Origin: Candidatus Hadarchaeales archaeon
GTDB taxonomy: Archaea; Hadarchaeota; Hadarchaeia; Hadarchaeales; Hadarchaeaceae
Direction of reading: 5' to 3'
Length of the DNA stretch: 22,273 bases
NCBI GenBank assembly: GCA_038851565.1
Contig: JAWCKV010000013.1
Coordinates: forward strand, 1 to 22,273
The notes beneath the pieces are model-generated. The model saw only the letters and a program-made list of their open reading frames with translations. It searched no databases and was not told the origin of the DNA. Each line of letters begins with the position of its first letter. The stretch's first letter is position 1. Position numbers and translations under genes: made by a program. This document shows, one piece after another, positions 1-7,991 of this stretch.

Positions 1-357
1 TACGATGAGATAATGCGCCTTTCCTTCCTCGGGCCCTTTGAGGACATCCCGCTCGAGCATGGCCTTTTCAGGTCGGCTGGCGCGTTGTGGCTGGAGCGTG
101 GCGTGAGGGAGCTTAGAAAGTTCGGCAGGGGCATCGTTATCACCTCGGCGAGCATGAAAAACATCAACGAGGAGACGCTGAGCAACATATGGACGCTTGT
201 TCATCTTGGAAGTCGTGATCCGTCAGAGGTTGAGGCGGCCCGGATATTTTTCGGCGATGACTCGAAGAGGATACTGGAAACGGGAGAGGGCAGGGCCCTC
301 GTGCTGAGCCCCCACTGCAATTATGGGCTGCCCTTTCTGGTCAGGCTGGATCGATGA
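1..357 (+). CDS. 3'-terminal fragment (gene begins upstream of the window) of a HerA/DUF87-like ATPase C-terminal region
   Basis: The frame is open from base 1 (Y-D-E-I-M...). The tail GRGIVITSAS..ETLSN..TLVHLGSRDP.E....GEGRALVLSP....GLPFLVRL resembles the conserved HerA/FtsK-like C-terminus (ITQRP...LSQCNT.I.LRL.NP.D...GEAIV.G...P.LVRI). Only about 118 aa are visible. Confidence 0.45.
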   Translation, partial: YDEIMRLSFLGPFEDIPLEHGLFRSAGALWLERGVRELRKFGRGIVITSASMKNINEETLSNIWTLVHLGSRDPSEVEAARIFFGDDSKRILETGEGRALVLSPHCNYGLPFLVRLDR

Positions 358-385
358 TCGCCCTGGCTCCCGGAGGCGGACTGTT

Positions 386-1651
386 TCACGTTTCGGGGCA
401 GTCGGGCTTCCAGGGAGCCATGGTCAGGATCTTTCGGACTATGTCGGGATAGGTGGCGATGAACCTGAGCTCATCCGCAACCAGCGGCTTCTGGTTGTGG
501 ACGTTCGCGTATCTGACGAGCTCCAGAATTTCAGTTGCGGTCTTCTCGTCCTTGAACTCTATCTCCAGCTTCTCGTACACGTTTCTGAATCCCTTTATGC
601 CTGAGTACTCACCGACGGTTATCTGGCGTCCCGTCTCTATTATCTCCGGCTCCCCCCTGCCGAGCTCCTCGAAGTCGTAGAGCTCGTAGTTCCTCCTGTC
701 CTTCAGTGCGCCGTCAGCATGTATTCCGGACTCGTGGGCGAACGCGTTTGCGCCCACGCCTGGCTGATTTATCGGGATCGGAACGTCGAAGGCGTATGCG
801 GCGTACTTGCAGATCTTCCATGCCATCTTCAGGTTTATCCTCTCATCGAGCTTGTACTTGCCCCCGATCCCGCTCCCGTATTTGAGGGCAAGGATCACAC
901 CAACGAGGTCAGCGTTCCCCGCCCTTTCGCCCATGCCGTTCACGCACGTGTTTATGTATGCATCGACGCCCGCATCGTTCGCCCCCATGGCGCCGCACAC
1001 GGAGCTCGCAACCGCCATCCCCAGGTCGTTGTGGCAGTGTATCTCGATTGGCATCTTCGTGGCCTCGGCCAGCCTCTTGACCCTCTCATATATGGAGAAG
1101 GGGCTGTCATAACCGAGCGTGTCGCAGTACCTGAGCCTGTCAGCCCCGGCATCCCTCGCCGCATTCGTGAACTCTATTAGGTAGTCCATTCTTGTCCTCG
1201 ACGCGTCCTCTGCGTTCACCCCCACGGTCTCCGCCCCAAGTTCCTTCGCTAGTTTCACTGCGCCCACCGTCTCCTCTATAACTCTTCTGTGATCCAGCTT
1301 ACCCTGGAACTTGTGCATTATCATCTGATCTGAGGTCGATATGGAGACGTTGAGGTGCTTTATCTCCGGAACAAGCTCGAACGTGAGCCTGACGTCCTTC
1401 TCGATCGCCCTCAGCCATCCCCCGAGCCTCATGTCCCCGAAGGCGCCCATCCTGTGCAGCTCGAGGTTTGCGTTCAGGTAGTTAGTTTCGTGACGGGTTA
1501 TGGGGAAACCGAACTCCGACTGAAATATTCCCATCTTGCTGAGGTACAGATTTATCATGGTCTTCTGAAGCTTGGAGAGGCATATTCGCGATGTTTGGAC
1601 CCCGTCCCTGTTCGTGACATCTATTATGGATATCTTCGGCACATCGCTCAC
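386..1651 (-). CDS. DRE-TIM metallolyase family 2-oxoacid:acetyl-CoA condensing enzyme (isopropylmalate/homocitrate/citramalate/Re-citrate synthase-like) with no LeuA regulatory domain
   Basis: 421 aa. The N-terminus has IIDVTNRDGVQT, a variant of DTTLRDGEQ. The HxH metal motif HCHNDLGMAVASS and GMGERAGNADL are present. At about 420 aa it matches the short homocitrate/citramalate/Re-citrate synthase subgroup. It starts with GTG, and its GTGA overlaps the upstream aminotransferase stop codon. Confidence 0.85.
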   Translation of the reverse strand: MSDVPKISIIDVTNRDGVQTSRICLSKLQKTMINLYLSKMGIFQSEFGFPITRHETNYLNANLELHRMGAFGDMRLGGWLRAIEKDVRLTFELVPEIKHLNVSISTSDQMIMHKFQGKLDHRRVIEETVGAVKLAKELGAETVGVNAEDASRTRMDYLIEFTNAARDAGADRLRYCDTLGYDSPFSIYERVKRLAEATKMPIEIHCHNDLGMAVASSVCGAMGANDAGVDAYINTCVNGMGERAGNADLVGVILALKYGSGIGGKYKLDERINLKMAWKICKYAAYAFDVPIPINQPGVGANAFAHESGIHADGALKDRRNYELYDFEELGRGEPEIIETGRQITVGEYSGIKGFRNVYEKLEIEFKDEKTATEILELVRYANVHNQKPLVADELRFIATYPDIVRKILTMAPWKPDCPET

Positions 1652-2844
1652 CTCAGTTTCTTCAGGAACTCCTCGAGCCTGTTCATTCCCTCCTCTATCT
1701 CCCCCATCGACGCCGCAAAGGAGATCCTCACCGCCCCATCGTCCCCGAAGGCTGCCCCTGGCACCACCGCCACACCCGCCTGCGCCAGCAGCTCCTCGCA
1801 GAAGGCGCAGGAGCCGTCCAGCGTCCTTCCGTTTGCGGTCCTCCCGATGAGCTCGGAGATGTCCGGAAAGGCGTAGAATGCTCCCTGAGGCGGAACCAGC
1901 TTTATCCCCTCCATCGCATTCAGTCTTTTTACTATATAGTCCCTTCTCCTCTCAAATTCATTTCTCATGGTTTCCACGCTTTTCTGGTCCCCGGTCAGGG
2001 CCTCAACTGCCGCCTTCTGACAGAATGAGGTGGGATTGGAAGTGGAGTGGCCCTGGAGGTCGTCCATCGCTCCTATTATCTCAGCAGGTCCCGCCGCGTA
2101 GCCTATCCTCCACCCCGTCATCGAGTAAGTCTTTGATACGCCGTTGACCGTTATTGTGAGCTCTTTCAGCTCCGGGCTGAGGGAGGCGAAGCTGATGTGC
2201 CTGAGTCCATCGTATATCAGCTTCTCGTATATCTCGTCCGATAAGCAGTATATGCTGTGCTCTGCCACCACCTCTCCGATCGCCTTCATCTCATCCCTGG
2301 AGTAGACAGCTCCGGTCGGATTGCATGGGGAGTTCAGGATGATCAGCTTGGTCCTTCTGGTGATTGAGGATCTCAGGTCCCCTGCGGTCAGCTTGAGCCC
2401 TGTGTTCTTGGTCTCAACGAGCACGGGTTTGGCTCCCACCATCTTCACCATCTCAGGATAGCTGGTCCAGTAAGGGGAGGGAATTATGACCTCGTCCCCT
2501 TCGTCGCACATCGCGAGGAGGACGTTGTATATCGAGTGCTTCGCGCCGCAGGACACGATTACCTCATCCGGGCTGTAGTCTAGGCCGTTCTCCCTTTTCA
2601 GCTTCTCACATATCGCCCGCTTCAGCTCGGGTATGCCTCCCGTCGCCGTGTATTTTGTGAAACCGGAGTCAAGGGACCTCTTCGCGGCCTCCTTGATGTT
2701 TGCGGGCGTGTCGAAGTCCGGCTCCCCGGCGCTCAGGTTTATCACGCTCACGCCTCCGGCGCGAAGCTCCTTTGCCCTTGCGGATATCCCCAACGTCATC
2801 GAGGGGGATATGGAGAGGGCCCTCTTTGAGAGCGGAGCCTTCAT
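1648..2844 (-). CDS. class-I PLP-dependent aminotransferase, aspartate aminotransferase-like
   Basis: 398 aa. It has the SKTYSMTGWRIGY PLP-lysine motif, the NSPCNPTG motif and an N-terminal LSKRALSISPSMTLGI typical of AspAT. Its ATGA overlaps the purC stop codon. Confidence 0.9.
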   Translation of the reverse strand: MKAPLSKRALSISPSMTLGISARAKELRAGGVSVINLSAGEPDFDTPANIKEAAKRSLDSGFTKYTATGGIPELKRAICEKLKRENGLDYSPDEVIVSCGAKHSIYNVLLAMCDEGDEVIIPSPYWTSYPEMVKMVGAKPVLVETKNTGLKLTAGDLRSSITRRTKLIILNSPCNPTGAVYSRDEMKAIGEVVAEHSIYCLSDEIYEKLIYDGLRHISFASLSPELKELTITVNGVSKTYSMTGWRIGYAAGPAEIIGAMDDLQGHSTSNPTSFCQKAAVEALTGDQKSVETMRNEFERRRDYIVKRLNAMEGIKLVPPQGAFYAFPDISELIGRTANGRTLDGSCAFCEELLAQAGVAVVPGAAFGDDGAVRISFAASMGEIEEGMNRLEEFLKKLR

Positions 2845-3725
2845 GGTATTTCCTCACCCGTTAATCTTCTCAGCGCCTCTATATACTTCCTGCTCGTGGC
2901 CAGCACAACCTCTTCCGGCAGGCTGGGTGCGGGCGGGCACTTGTTCCACCCAATGCTTTCCAGGTAATCCCTGGCGTACTGCTTGTCGTAGCTGATCTGT
3001 GCCCTTCCTGGTGAGTACTGGTCAGCTGGCCAGAACCTCGAGGAGTCCGGCGTCAGTAGCTCATCGATCAGCATCAGCTTTCCATTATGCAGTCCAAACT
3101 CGAACTTCGTGTCAGCTATTATGATCCCTCTCTTTTCGGCGTATTTGGAAGCCGCCGTGTACACCTCAAGGCTCTTCTCCCTTACTCTTTCGGCCAGATC
3201 CCCACCTATGGTACGCGCGACCTCCTCGTATGTCATGTTGACATCGTGTCCCTCTCCGGCCTTCGTGGTGGGCGTGAATATGGGCTCGGGCAGGCGGTCC
3301 GACTCGGAGAGGCCGGAGGGAAGTCTTATTCCGCACACCGTCCCCTTCTCCCTGTACTCCTTCCAGGCGGAGCCAGAGATGTATCCTCTGACAACGCACT
3401 CAACGGGCAGTGGCTTCGTCTTCCTGACTATCATAGATCGGTTCCTCAACACCTCGTGGGCCCTGAGTTCCTCGGGAAACTCGTCGAAGTTGCAGGTAAT
3501 AACGTGGTTTGGCACTATTCTCTCCGTGAACTTGAACCAGAAGCACGATATCCTAGTTAACACCTCCCCCTTGTACGGTATCCCGTTCGGCAGGACGACA
3601 TCGAAGCACGATATTCTGTCGGTGGCAACCATGAGCAGCCTGTCCCCTAGGTCGTACATGTCCCTCACCTTCCCCCTCTTGAATAGGCGCAGTCCGGGCA
3701 GGTCCGTGGAAAGGACAACTTTCAT
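2841..3725 (-). CDS. purC: phosphoribosylaminoimidazole-succinocarboxamide (SAICAR) synthetase
   Basis: 294 aa. The N-terminal motif GKVRDMYDLGDRLLMVATDRISCFD is present and the overall architecture is PurC-like. Its ATGA overlaps the PEPCK stop codon. Confidence 0.93.
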   Translation of the reverse strand: MKVVLSTDLPGLRLFKRGKVRDMYDLGDRLLMVATDRISCFDVVLPNGIPYKGEVLTRISCFWFKFTERIVPNHVITCNFDEFPEELRAHEVLRNRSMIVRKTKPLPVECVVRGYISGSAWKEYREKGTVCGIRLPSGLSESDRLPEPIFTPTTKAGEGHDVNMTYEEVARTIGGDLAERVREKSLEVYTAASKYAEKRGIIIADTKFEFGLHNGKLMLIDELLTPDSSRFWPADQYSPGRAQISYDKQYARDYLESIGWNKCPPAPSLPEEVVLATSRKYIEALRRLTGEEIP

Positions 3726-5608
3726 TTTATCACCGGGAGGTCGAGCGGATTGATATAGTCCCCGAATTTCTCCTTTGCGGCGAGTAGACGCTTCCTCTGT
3801 CCTTCCAGCACCTCGTAGAGCCTTCTTGGAGCTTCTGGCACCTGCTCTGAAAAGAACTTTGTGACCCTCTTCAGCTTTGCGAGGTTCTCAGGAACCCTTA
3901 TCGTGAAGTTCCTCACGTATTCCTCTTCCGTGTAATCCACTTCGCGCACCTCTCTGAACAGCTTCCTTAGGTCCTCGTAAAGCGGTATCAGTCCGGTGGG
4001 GGACTCCGCAGCCTTAACGTCCCCGTGAACCCTCAGCTCCATCCACCTTATCCACACCCTCTTGTCCCTCCTGTCGTTCACAAATTTCCCCGTCTTCAGG
4101 TCCCTGAGGAAGTAGTTTACGCCGAATACCTTCGGCTTTTTCTCGAGCCTTTTTCCGAACTCTATGTAGTTCTCTATGTATTTCCCCAGCGGAATTGACA
4201 CGAAGTCCTGAATGCTCATTATGTTTATCTCATATTTTCCCTCGGCCTCTGTTAGCGCGAACGTCGTCTCCGTCTCAAGTGCCGCCCCGTACGCTATTAT
4301 CCCGTGATCCCAGTCGAATCCCTGCTGGACCGGAGCGTAGGCCCTCGCGTCCCTGCAGCCGTATATTATGCCCTCTATCTCTACCCCTTTCGGGTTGTCA
4401 AGCTCAGGGTCGCAGTTCCTCAGCGCCTTCAGGCTAACAGTGTACCTGGCGTTCTTGGAGGCGGGAAGGGTCTTCTCTCCGTTTTCATCTGTCTTTCCCT
4501 CCCACCATTTTCCTGTGTGGTTTATTCCTTCCTTGGGAAGCTCGCATCCCATGCCCAGCCAGTATGGCCTGCCGTCTTTAACGAGTACGTTTGAGAATAT
4601 CACCTCTCCCGGCGTGGTGAGAACCTCCCATATCAGTGGATCGTCCACAGGGTTGACGTCCTGGATTATCCCGAATATTCCGGCTTCTGCGTTCACCGCC
4701 CTGCACGCGCCGTCGATGATCCTCAAATACGCTATGTCGTCGGCCATTATTGAGTTTCCCGGGGCCATGGCAGTAGAGGTCTTGCCGCATGCGCTCGGAA
4801 AAGCTCCCGCGAGGTGCGTCCTTCTTCCACCGGGCCCTGGCACCGCCGTGATCATCATGTGCTCTGCAAGCCAGCCCTCTCTAGCTGCCTTCCTTATCGC
4901 CAGCCTGAGGGCAAGCTTCTTGAACCCTATGCTGTTTCCGGCGTACTGGGTGTTGACGCTGTAGACCGTGTTGGTGATATAGTCAATGTATATCCGCTTC
5001 TTACCCGGCTCGGCGCTGACCATGTTCTCATCCAGCGTGCCGGCCGAGTGAAGCACCTTGAACAGCTCTCCCTCCCTAAGGTGTCTGAACATCTCATATG
5101 CTCTCCTGTAGAGCAGGTCAACGGAATGTGCAACGTACCAGGAGTCAGTACACTCCATGCACGGTATCGTGAATGGAGAGTTGAGCGGACCTAGGGAGAG
5201 CAGGCGGACGATCATGGTTCTGCCCCTCATGGAATCCCTGAGAAGGCCCCTAATCTCCTCCAGCCCCTCCTCCCTCCCCATCTGTTTCAGCGCCGGGCTG
5301 AGATAATCTCCCTCGGGCACTAGATATTTTGTCACCTCGCGGTCCCGTCCTTGGTCCTTCGGGCCGTCGAAGTGGTATGTGTGACCCGGGACCGCCAGCG
5401 GCTTTTCCTCTCCGGTGAGCAGAGCCTGTTCTCTTATGTACCTCACGTCGTCCGGGGAATCCGTGCATATGAATACCGAATCCGGATTGCAGAGCTCCGC
5501 GGAATCCGCGATGAACTCGTGTACCTCTGGGTTCGGTATGGCGAGCAGCTTCTCGCGCTCTCGCCTCTCCATCCGCTCATAGAGCCTTTTCAGCGCGTTT
5601 TTCGGCAT
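3722..5608 (-). CDS. pckG: GTP-dependent phosphoenolpyruvate carboxykinase
   Basis: 628 aa. It carries the kinase-1a P-loop FPSACGKTSTAM diagnostic of GTP-PEPCK and is full length, comparable to archaeal and eukaryotic GTP-PEPCKs. A TATA-like element lies about 25-35 nt upstream on the minus strand. Confidence 0.93.
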   Translation of the reverse strand: MPKNALKRLYERMERREREKLLAIPNPEVHEFIADSAELCNPDSVFICTDSPDDVRYIREQALLTGEEKPLAVPGHTYHFDGPKDQGRDREVTKYLVPEGDYLSPALKQMGREEGLEEIRGLLRDSMRGRTMIVRLLSLGPLNSPFTIPCMECTDSWYVAHSVDLLYRRAYEMFRHLREGELFKVLHSAGTLDENMVSAEPGKKRIYIDYITNTVYSVNTQYAGNSIGFKKLALRLAIRKAAREGWLAEHMMITAVPGPGGRRTHLAGAFPSACGKTSTAMAPGNSIMADDIAYLRIIDGACRAVNAEAGIFGIIQDVNPVDDPLIWEVLTTPGEVIFSNVLVKDGRPYWLGMGCELPKEGINHTGKWWEGKTDENGEKTLPASKNARYTVSLKALRNCDPELDNPKGVEIEGIIYGCRDARAYAPVQQGFDWDHGIIAYGAALETETTFALTEAEGKYEINIMSIQDFVSIPLGKYIENYIEFGKRLEKKPKVFGVNYFLRDLKTGKFVNDRRDKRVWIRWMELRVHGDVKAAESPTGLIPLYEDLRKLFREVREVDYTEEEYVRNFTIRVPENLAKLKRVTKFFSEQVPEAPRRLYEVLEGQRKRLLAAKEKFGDYINPLDLPVIK

Positions 5609-5630
5609 GTTTCCCCTTTTCTCTAAAAAG

Positions 5631-5642
5631 TTAAATTTATAA
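5631..5642. promoter_or_regulatory. AT-rich TATA-box-like element (TTAAATTTATAA) in the divergent pckG/lrp intergenic region, possibly bidirectional
   Basis: This is the only strongly AT-rich stretch in the 67-nt gap between the two divergent start codons at 5608 and 5676. The purine-rich stretch ctctaaaaag directly upstream on the + strand is BRE-like. Confidence 0.45.
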
Positions 5643-5648
5643 GTGTTT

Positions 5649-5670
5649 CTGTTAACAAAATGTTAAACAG
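5649..5670. promoter_or_regulatory. imperfect inverted/direct repeat CTGTTAAC-aaaa-TGTTAAACAG between the TATA element and the lrp start; candidate Lrp-type operator
   Basis: The half-sites ctgttaac and gttaaacag are near reverse complements with one extra T. The repeat is AT-rich and ends 5 nt upstream of the lrp ATG. Confidence 0.35.
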
Positions 5671-5675
5671 GGAAA

Positions 5676-6149
5676 ATGGACGAGATAGAGGCAAAAATAG
5701 CGCTGCAGTTGCTGAGGGATGCGAGACAGCCCATAAAGGACATAGCTAGGAAGGTTGGGGTCACCAGACAGACGGCTGCCAAAAAGATGGCGAGCCTTCA
5801 GGAGTCCGGAATCATAAGGGGATTTGTTGCGAGGATGGATCGCGGAAGGCTGGGCCTGGGCACAATGGCATATATATTCTTGGAAGAGGATCCGAGCGCG
5901 AGGCTCAGGGAGGAGACAGAGAGGACGGTTAGGGGGTGGCCGGAGGTCAGCGCCTTTCACAGGATATTTGGCAGGCACAGCTCCATACTGGAGGTCCTGG
6001 TCAGAAACGACGCAGAGCTGAAGAGGCTCGTGAAGAGGCTTCACAGGCTGAAGGGGGTCAAGGGCACCGAGACGTTCATAGTTCACAGCACCGTAAAGGA
6101 TGATCCGGAGTCCCCAGTTGCCGATGCGATCATGCGGGAGTTCAGGTGA
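5676..6149 (+). CDS. lrp: Lrp/AsnC-family transcriptional regulator
   Basis: 157 aa. The N-terminal HTH (LDEIEAKIALQLLRDARQPIKDIARKVGVTRQTAAKKMASLQESGII) is followed by a RAM-type C-terminal domain. Confidence 0.9.
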   Translation: MDEIEAKIALQLLRDARQPIKDIARKVGVTRQTAAKKMASLQESGIIRGFVARMDRGRLGLGTMAYIFLEEDPSARLREETERTVRGWPEVSAFHRIFGRHSSILEVLVRNDAELKRLVKRLHRLKGVKGTETFIVHSTVKDDPESPVADAIMREFR

Positions 6150-6909
6150 GGTCCCCGCAGGCGCAGAATACCTCGTGCACTATGTCGTAGAGCTCACGCA
6201 TCCCCTCTCCCGTCTTTGCGCTGGTTTTGACCAGCCTGGCGGCGGGGAGAAGCCTCGGCAGGATCCCCGCGATGTCGATGGCAAGGTCCGCCATTGCCCC
6301 CTTTATCTCCTCCTCAGCTCGTTTTCTGAGGAAGCTCTCATCAGAGGCCATTCGGTCTATGTCGTTCACCGCGTCCCCTATGAGGTCCACTTTGTTCAGC
6401 ACGCTGATGGTCGGCACCCCGAGCCTGAGCCCTATGGAGAGCCCGAGCAGTCCCGTGAAGACGAACCCGGCCGCGCTCCTGCACACCTCGGCATCGGTCA
6501 GGAAGAGGGAAATGGTTGTCCCTTCGATCAATCTGGTCATCTCTGGCCCGCCGTGGAAGAGGAAGACCTCCATCTGCCCGGGCGTGTCCAGGAGCCTGAT
6601 GTCCCCGCCGACCCTGTTTATGCCTCTGGAGATCTCGGAGACATTTTGTTTCAGCAGTTCAGATGCCCGCACCATCGCTCCATTCGGTCCGAGGCCCTCC
6701 TCACGCATTATTCTGTCCACGGTGAAGTGCTCACGGATGTCGAAGTGGGGGGTAAAGGGCGTGAATTCGCATCCCGGATCGAGGTTAATAAACCTCACCT
6801 CGCGCCCCATGTTCTCCGCCATCCACCTTCCAAAACAAGCAGTGAGGGCGCTCTTGCCGGCTCCGGCCGTTCCAAGGAGGACTATGTTGAGGGGAGGCAT
6901 ACATTCCAT
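6142..6909 (-). CDS. GPN-loop GTPase (Npa3/XAB1/PAB0955 family)
   Basis: It has the P-loop NIVLLGTAGAGKSAL, the diagnostic EEGLGPNGAM GPN motif, LLDTPGQME and NKVDL. The computed ORF runs on to 7290, but a homologous N-terminus begins at Met 6909 (MECMPP) or 6900 (MPPLNIV). The longer ORF overlaps the neighbouring membrane-protein gene in another frame and is a GC-rich artefact. The gene converges on lrp with an 8-nt overlap. Confidence 0.85.
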   Translation of the reverse strand: MECMPPLNIVLLGTAGAGKSALTACFGRWMAENMGREVRFINLDPGCEFTPFTPHFDIREHFTVDRIMREEGLGPNGAMVRASELLKQNVSEISRGINRVGGDIRLLDTPGQMEVFLFHGGPEMTRLIEGTTISLFLTDAEVCRSAAGFVFTGLLGLSIGLRLGVPTISVLNKVDLIGDAVNDIDRMASDESFLRKRAEEEIKGAMADLAIDIAGILPRLLPAARLVKTSAKTGEGMRELYDIVHEVFCACGDLT

Positions 6910-6947
6910 CTTGTCGGCCAGTCGAATAAGTTTTGTTGATGGTCCGC

Positions 6948-7304
6948 TCACTTGCCGGGTTTCTTCTGCATGGCGAGTCCGGCGAGGATGGCGATTGCCC
7001 CCATCGCTGCGAAGAGGGCCACGAGGGCGGCCGCGATTGAGATCCTCCACCACAGGATGAGGAACAGGCCGGATGCAAACAGAACCGCGCTCCAGCCCGC
7101 GACGAGGGAGGCCCCCATCCCACGTTCTTTTGGGACGGAGCGCTTGAGCGCCGCCATGATGAGAAGCCAAGCGCCGTTCAAAATGAGCAGAGCCGGAATG
7201 ATCTCGCACAGGGATATGGCCCCAACATGGTAGGCGAACGCGGACAGCGCACAGGTCAGCAGAAAAACTCCGAGCGATATGGTCCCCCAAGCCCTTTTTG
7301 CCAT
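6948..7304 (-). CDS. small integral membrane protein, about 4 predicted TM helices, unknown function
   Basis: 118 aa with four hydrophobic stretches of about 20 aa separated by short charged loops (KRSVPKERG; QKKPGK at the C-terminus). A divergent TATA-like element lies at 7331-7345. Confidence 0.5.
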   Translation of the reverse strand: MAKRAWGTISLGVFLLTCALSAFAYHVGAISLCEIIPALLILNGAWLLIMAALKRSVPKERGMGASLVAGWSAVLFASGLFLILWWRISIAAALVALFAAMGAIAILAGLAMQKKPGK

Positions 7305-7330
7305 GTTCCCATCAGTCCATCTGCGAATCC

Positions 7331-7345
7331 TTTTTTAAATATCTG
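7331..7345. promoter_or_regulatory. TATA-like element TTTTTTAAATATCTG, about 30 nt upstream of the 7370 ATG; GGGAGGAG ribosome-binding site at 7358-7365
   Basis: The element is AT-rich within GC-rich DNA and is spaced correctly for an archaeal promoter. A strong SD-like GGAGG lies 5 nt before the ATG. Confidence 0.45.
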
Positions 7346-7369
7346 CCTAGCATAATACGGGAGGAGAAA

Positions 7370-7942
7370 ATGGTCCTGTTCGGGAGGATAAATCCAATCA
7401 ACGCAAAGGTCTCCGTGCTCCTGGACAAGCCCACTTTTCTTGAAGGGGAAAACATAACCGGGCGAGTCAACGTCGAGTCCGACGAGGCGGTCAAGGTCGA
7501 TGAGATAAGACTTGAGATAAGGGCGACCGAGACCTATCTCACGACAAGGATGGTTCACGATCGTTACGGAGCCCACCCGACGACGGTCCGGGAAACAAGG
7601 ACCGTTCACTCGGAGAATGTTCGGATTTCCCCCGGGTTTGACATGCCGAAGGGATTCAAGGACCAGTTCCCGTTCAGCGTTTCCATCCCCCCTCTCAGGC
7701 CGACGATGCCCAACGGCGTGATCGAAAGGAGGATAAAGGGCGTGGTCGCCGTGAAGGGGCGTCCGGACAAGACCCATGAGATCACCGTGAATGTCTCGTA
7801 TGCTCCACAGGTCGGTGCCGCTCCAGCGCCTGCGCAGGTGGTTGTGAAGGAGATAGTAAAGGTGCCTTGCAAGTACTGCGGCGCTCTCATCCCCGTTGAG
7901 TCCGAAAGGTGTCCGAATTGCGGTGCCAAGTTTTCAAGGTAA
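7370..7942 (+). CDS. SpoOM-like (arrestin-N-like fold) protein with C-terminal zinc ribbon
   Basis: 190 aa. The N-terminus MVLFGRINPINAKVSVLLDKPTFLEGENITGRVNVESDEAVKVDEIRLEI matches the Spo0M-family consensus (..GIGGAKVDTVLD...Y.PGE.V.G.V.I.GG...I..I.L.L). The C-terminus CKYCGALIPVESERCPNCGAKF is a CxxC-x10-CxxC zinc ribbon. The start is moved from the 7298 ORF start to 7370 because of the RBS/TATA and the homolog N-terminus. Confidence 0.7.
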   Translation: MVLFGRINPINAKVSVLLDKPTFLEGENITGRVNVESDEAVKVDEIRLEIRATETYLTTRMVHDRYGAHPTTVRETRTVHSENVRISPGFDMPKGFKDQFPFSVSIPPLRPTMPNGVIERRIKGVVAVKGRPDKTHEITVNVSYAPQVGAAPAPAQVVVKEIVKVPCKYCGALIPVESERCPNCGAKFSR

Positions 7943-7991
7943 GGTCTAAATAGTATGCCTAGATAATGGGACACGTAAGAGATGAGAACGG

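Noticed and set aside
4195-5194. Several + strand ORFs of 80-198 aa inside the PEPCK gene, and 1355-1876 / 1572-1850 inside the synthase and aminotransferase genes
   Set aside because: They are antisense to genes with diagnostic motifs. Their translations are Pro/Ser/Arg-rich and of low complexity.
6100-7060. Plus-strand ORFs of 279 aa and 277 aa antisense to the GPN GTPase
   Set aside because: They are GC-rich antisense artefacts with no recognisable motifs. The minus-strand GPN motifs are unambiguous.
6910-7290. 5' extension of the GPN GTPase ORF to 382 aa (MGDHIARSF...)
   Set aside because: The extension is Arg/Gly/Pro-rich and low in complexity, with no homology signal. It overlaps the 4-TM membrane-protein gene in another frame. 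The conserved GPN N-terminus starts at Met 6909/6900.
7298-7369. Upstream extension of the SpoOM-like ORF (MPCSHQSICESFFKYLPSIIREEK)
   Set aside because: It overlaps the divergent membrane-protein start. It contains the TATA-like box and the GGAGG RBS that serve the ATG at 7370. The homolog N-terminus also begins at 7370.
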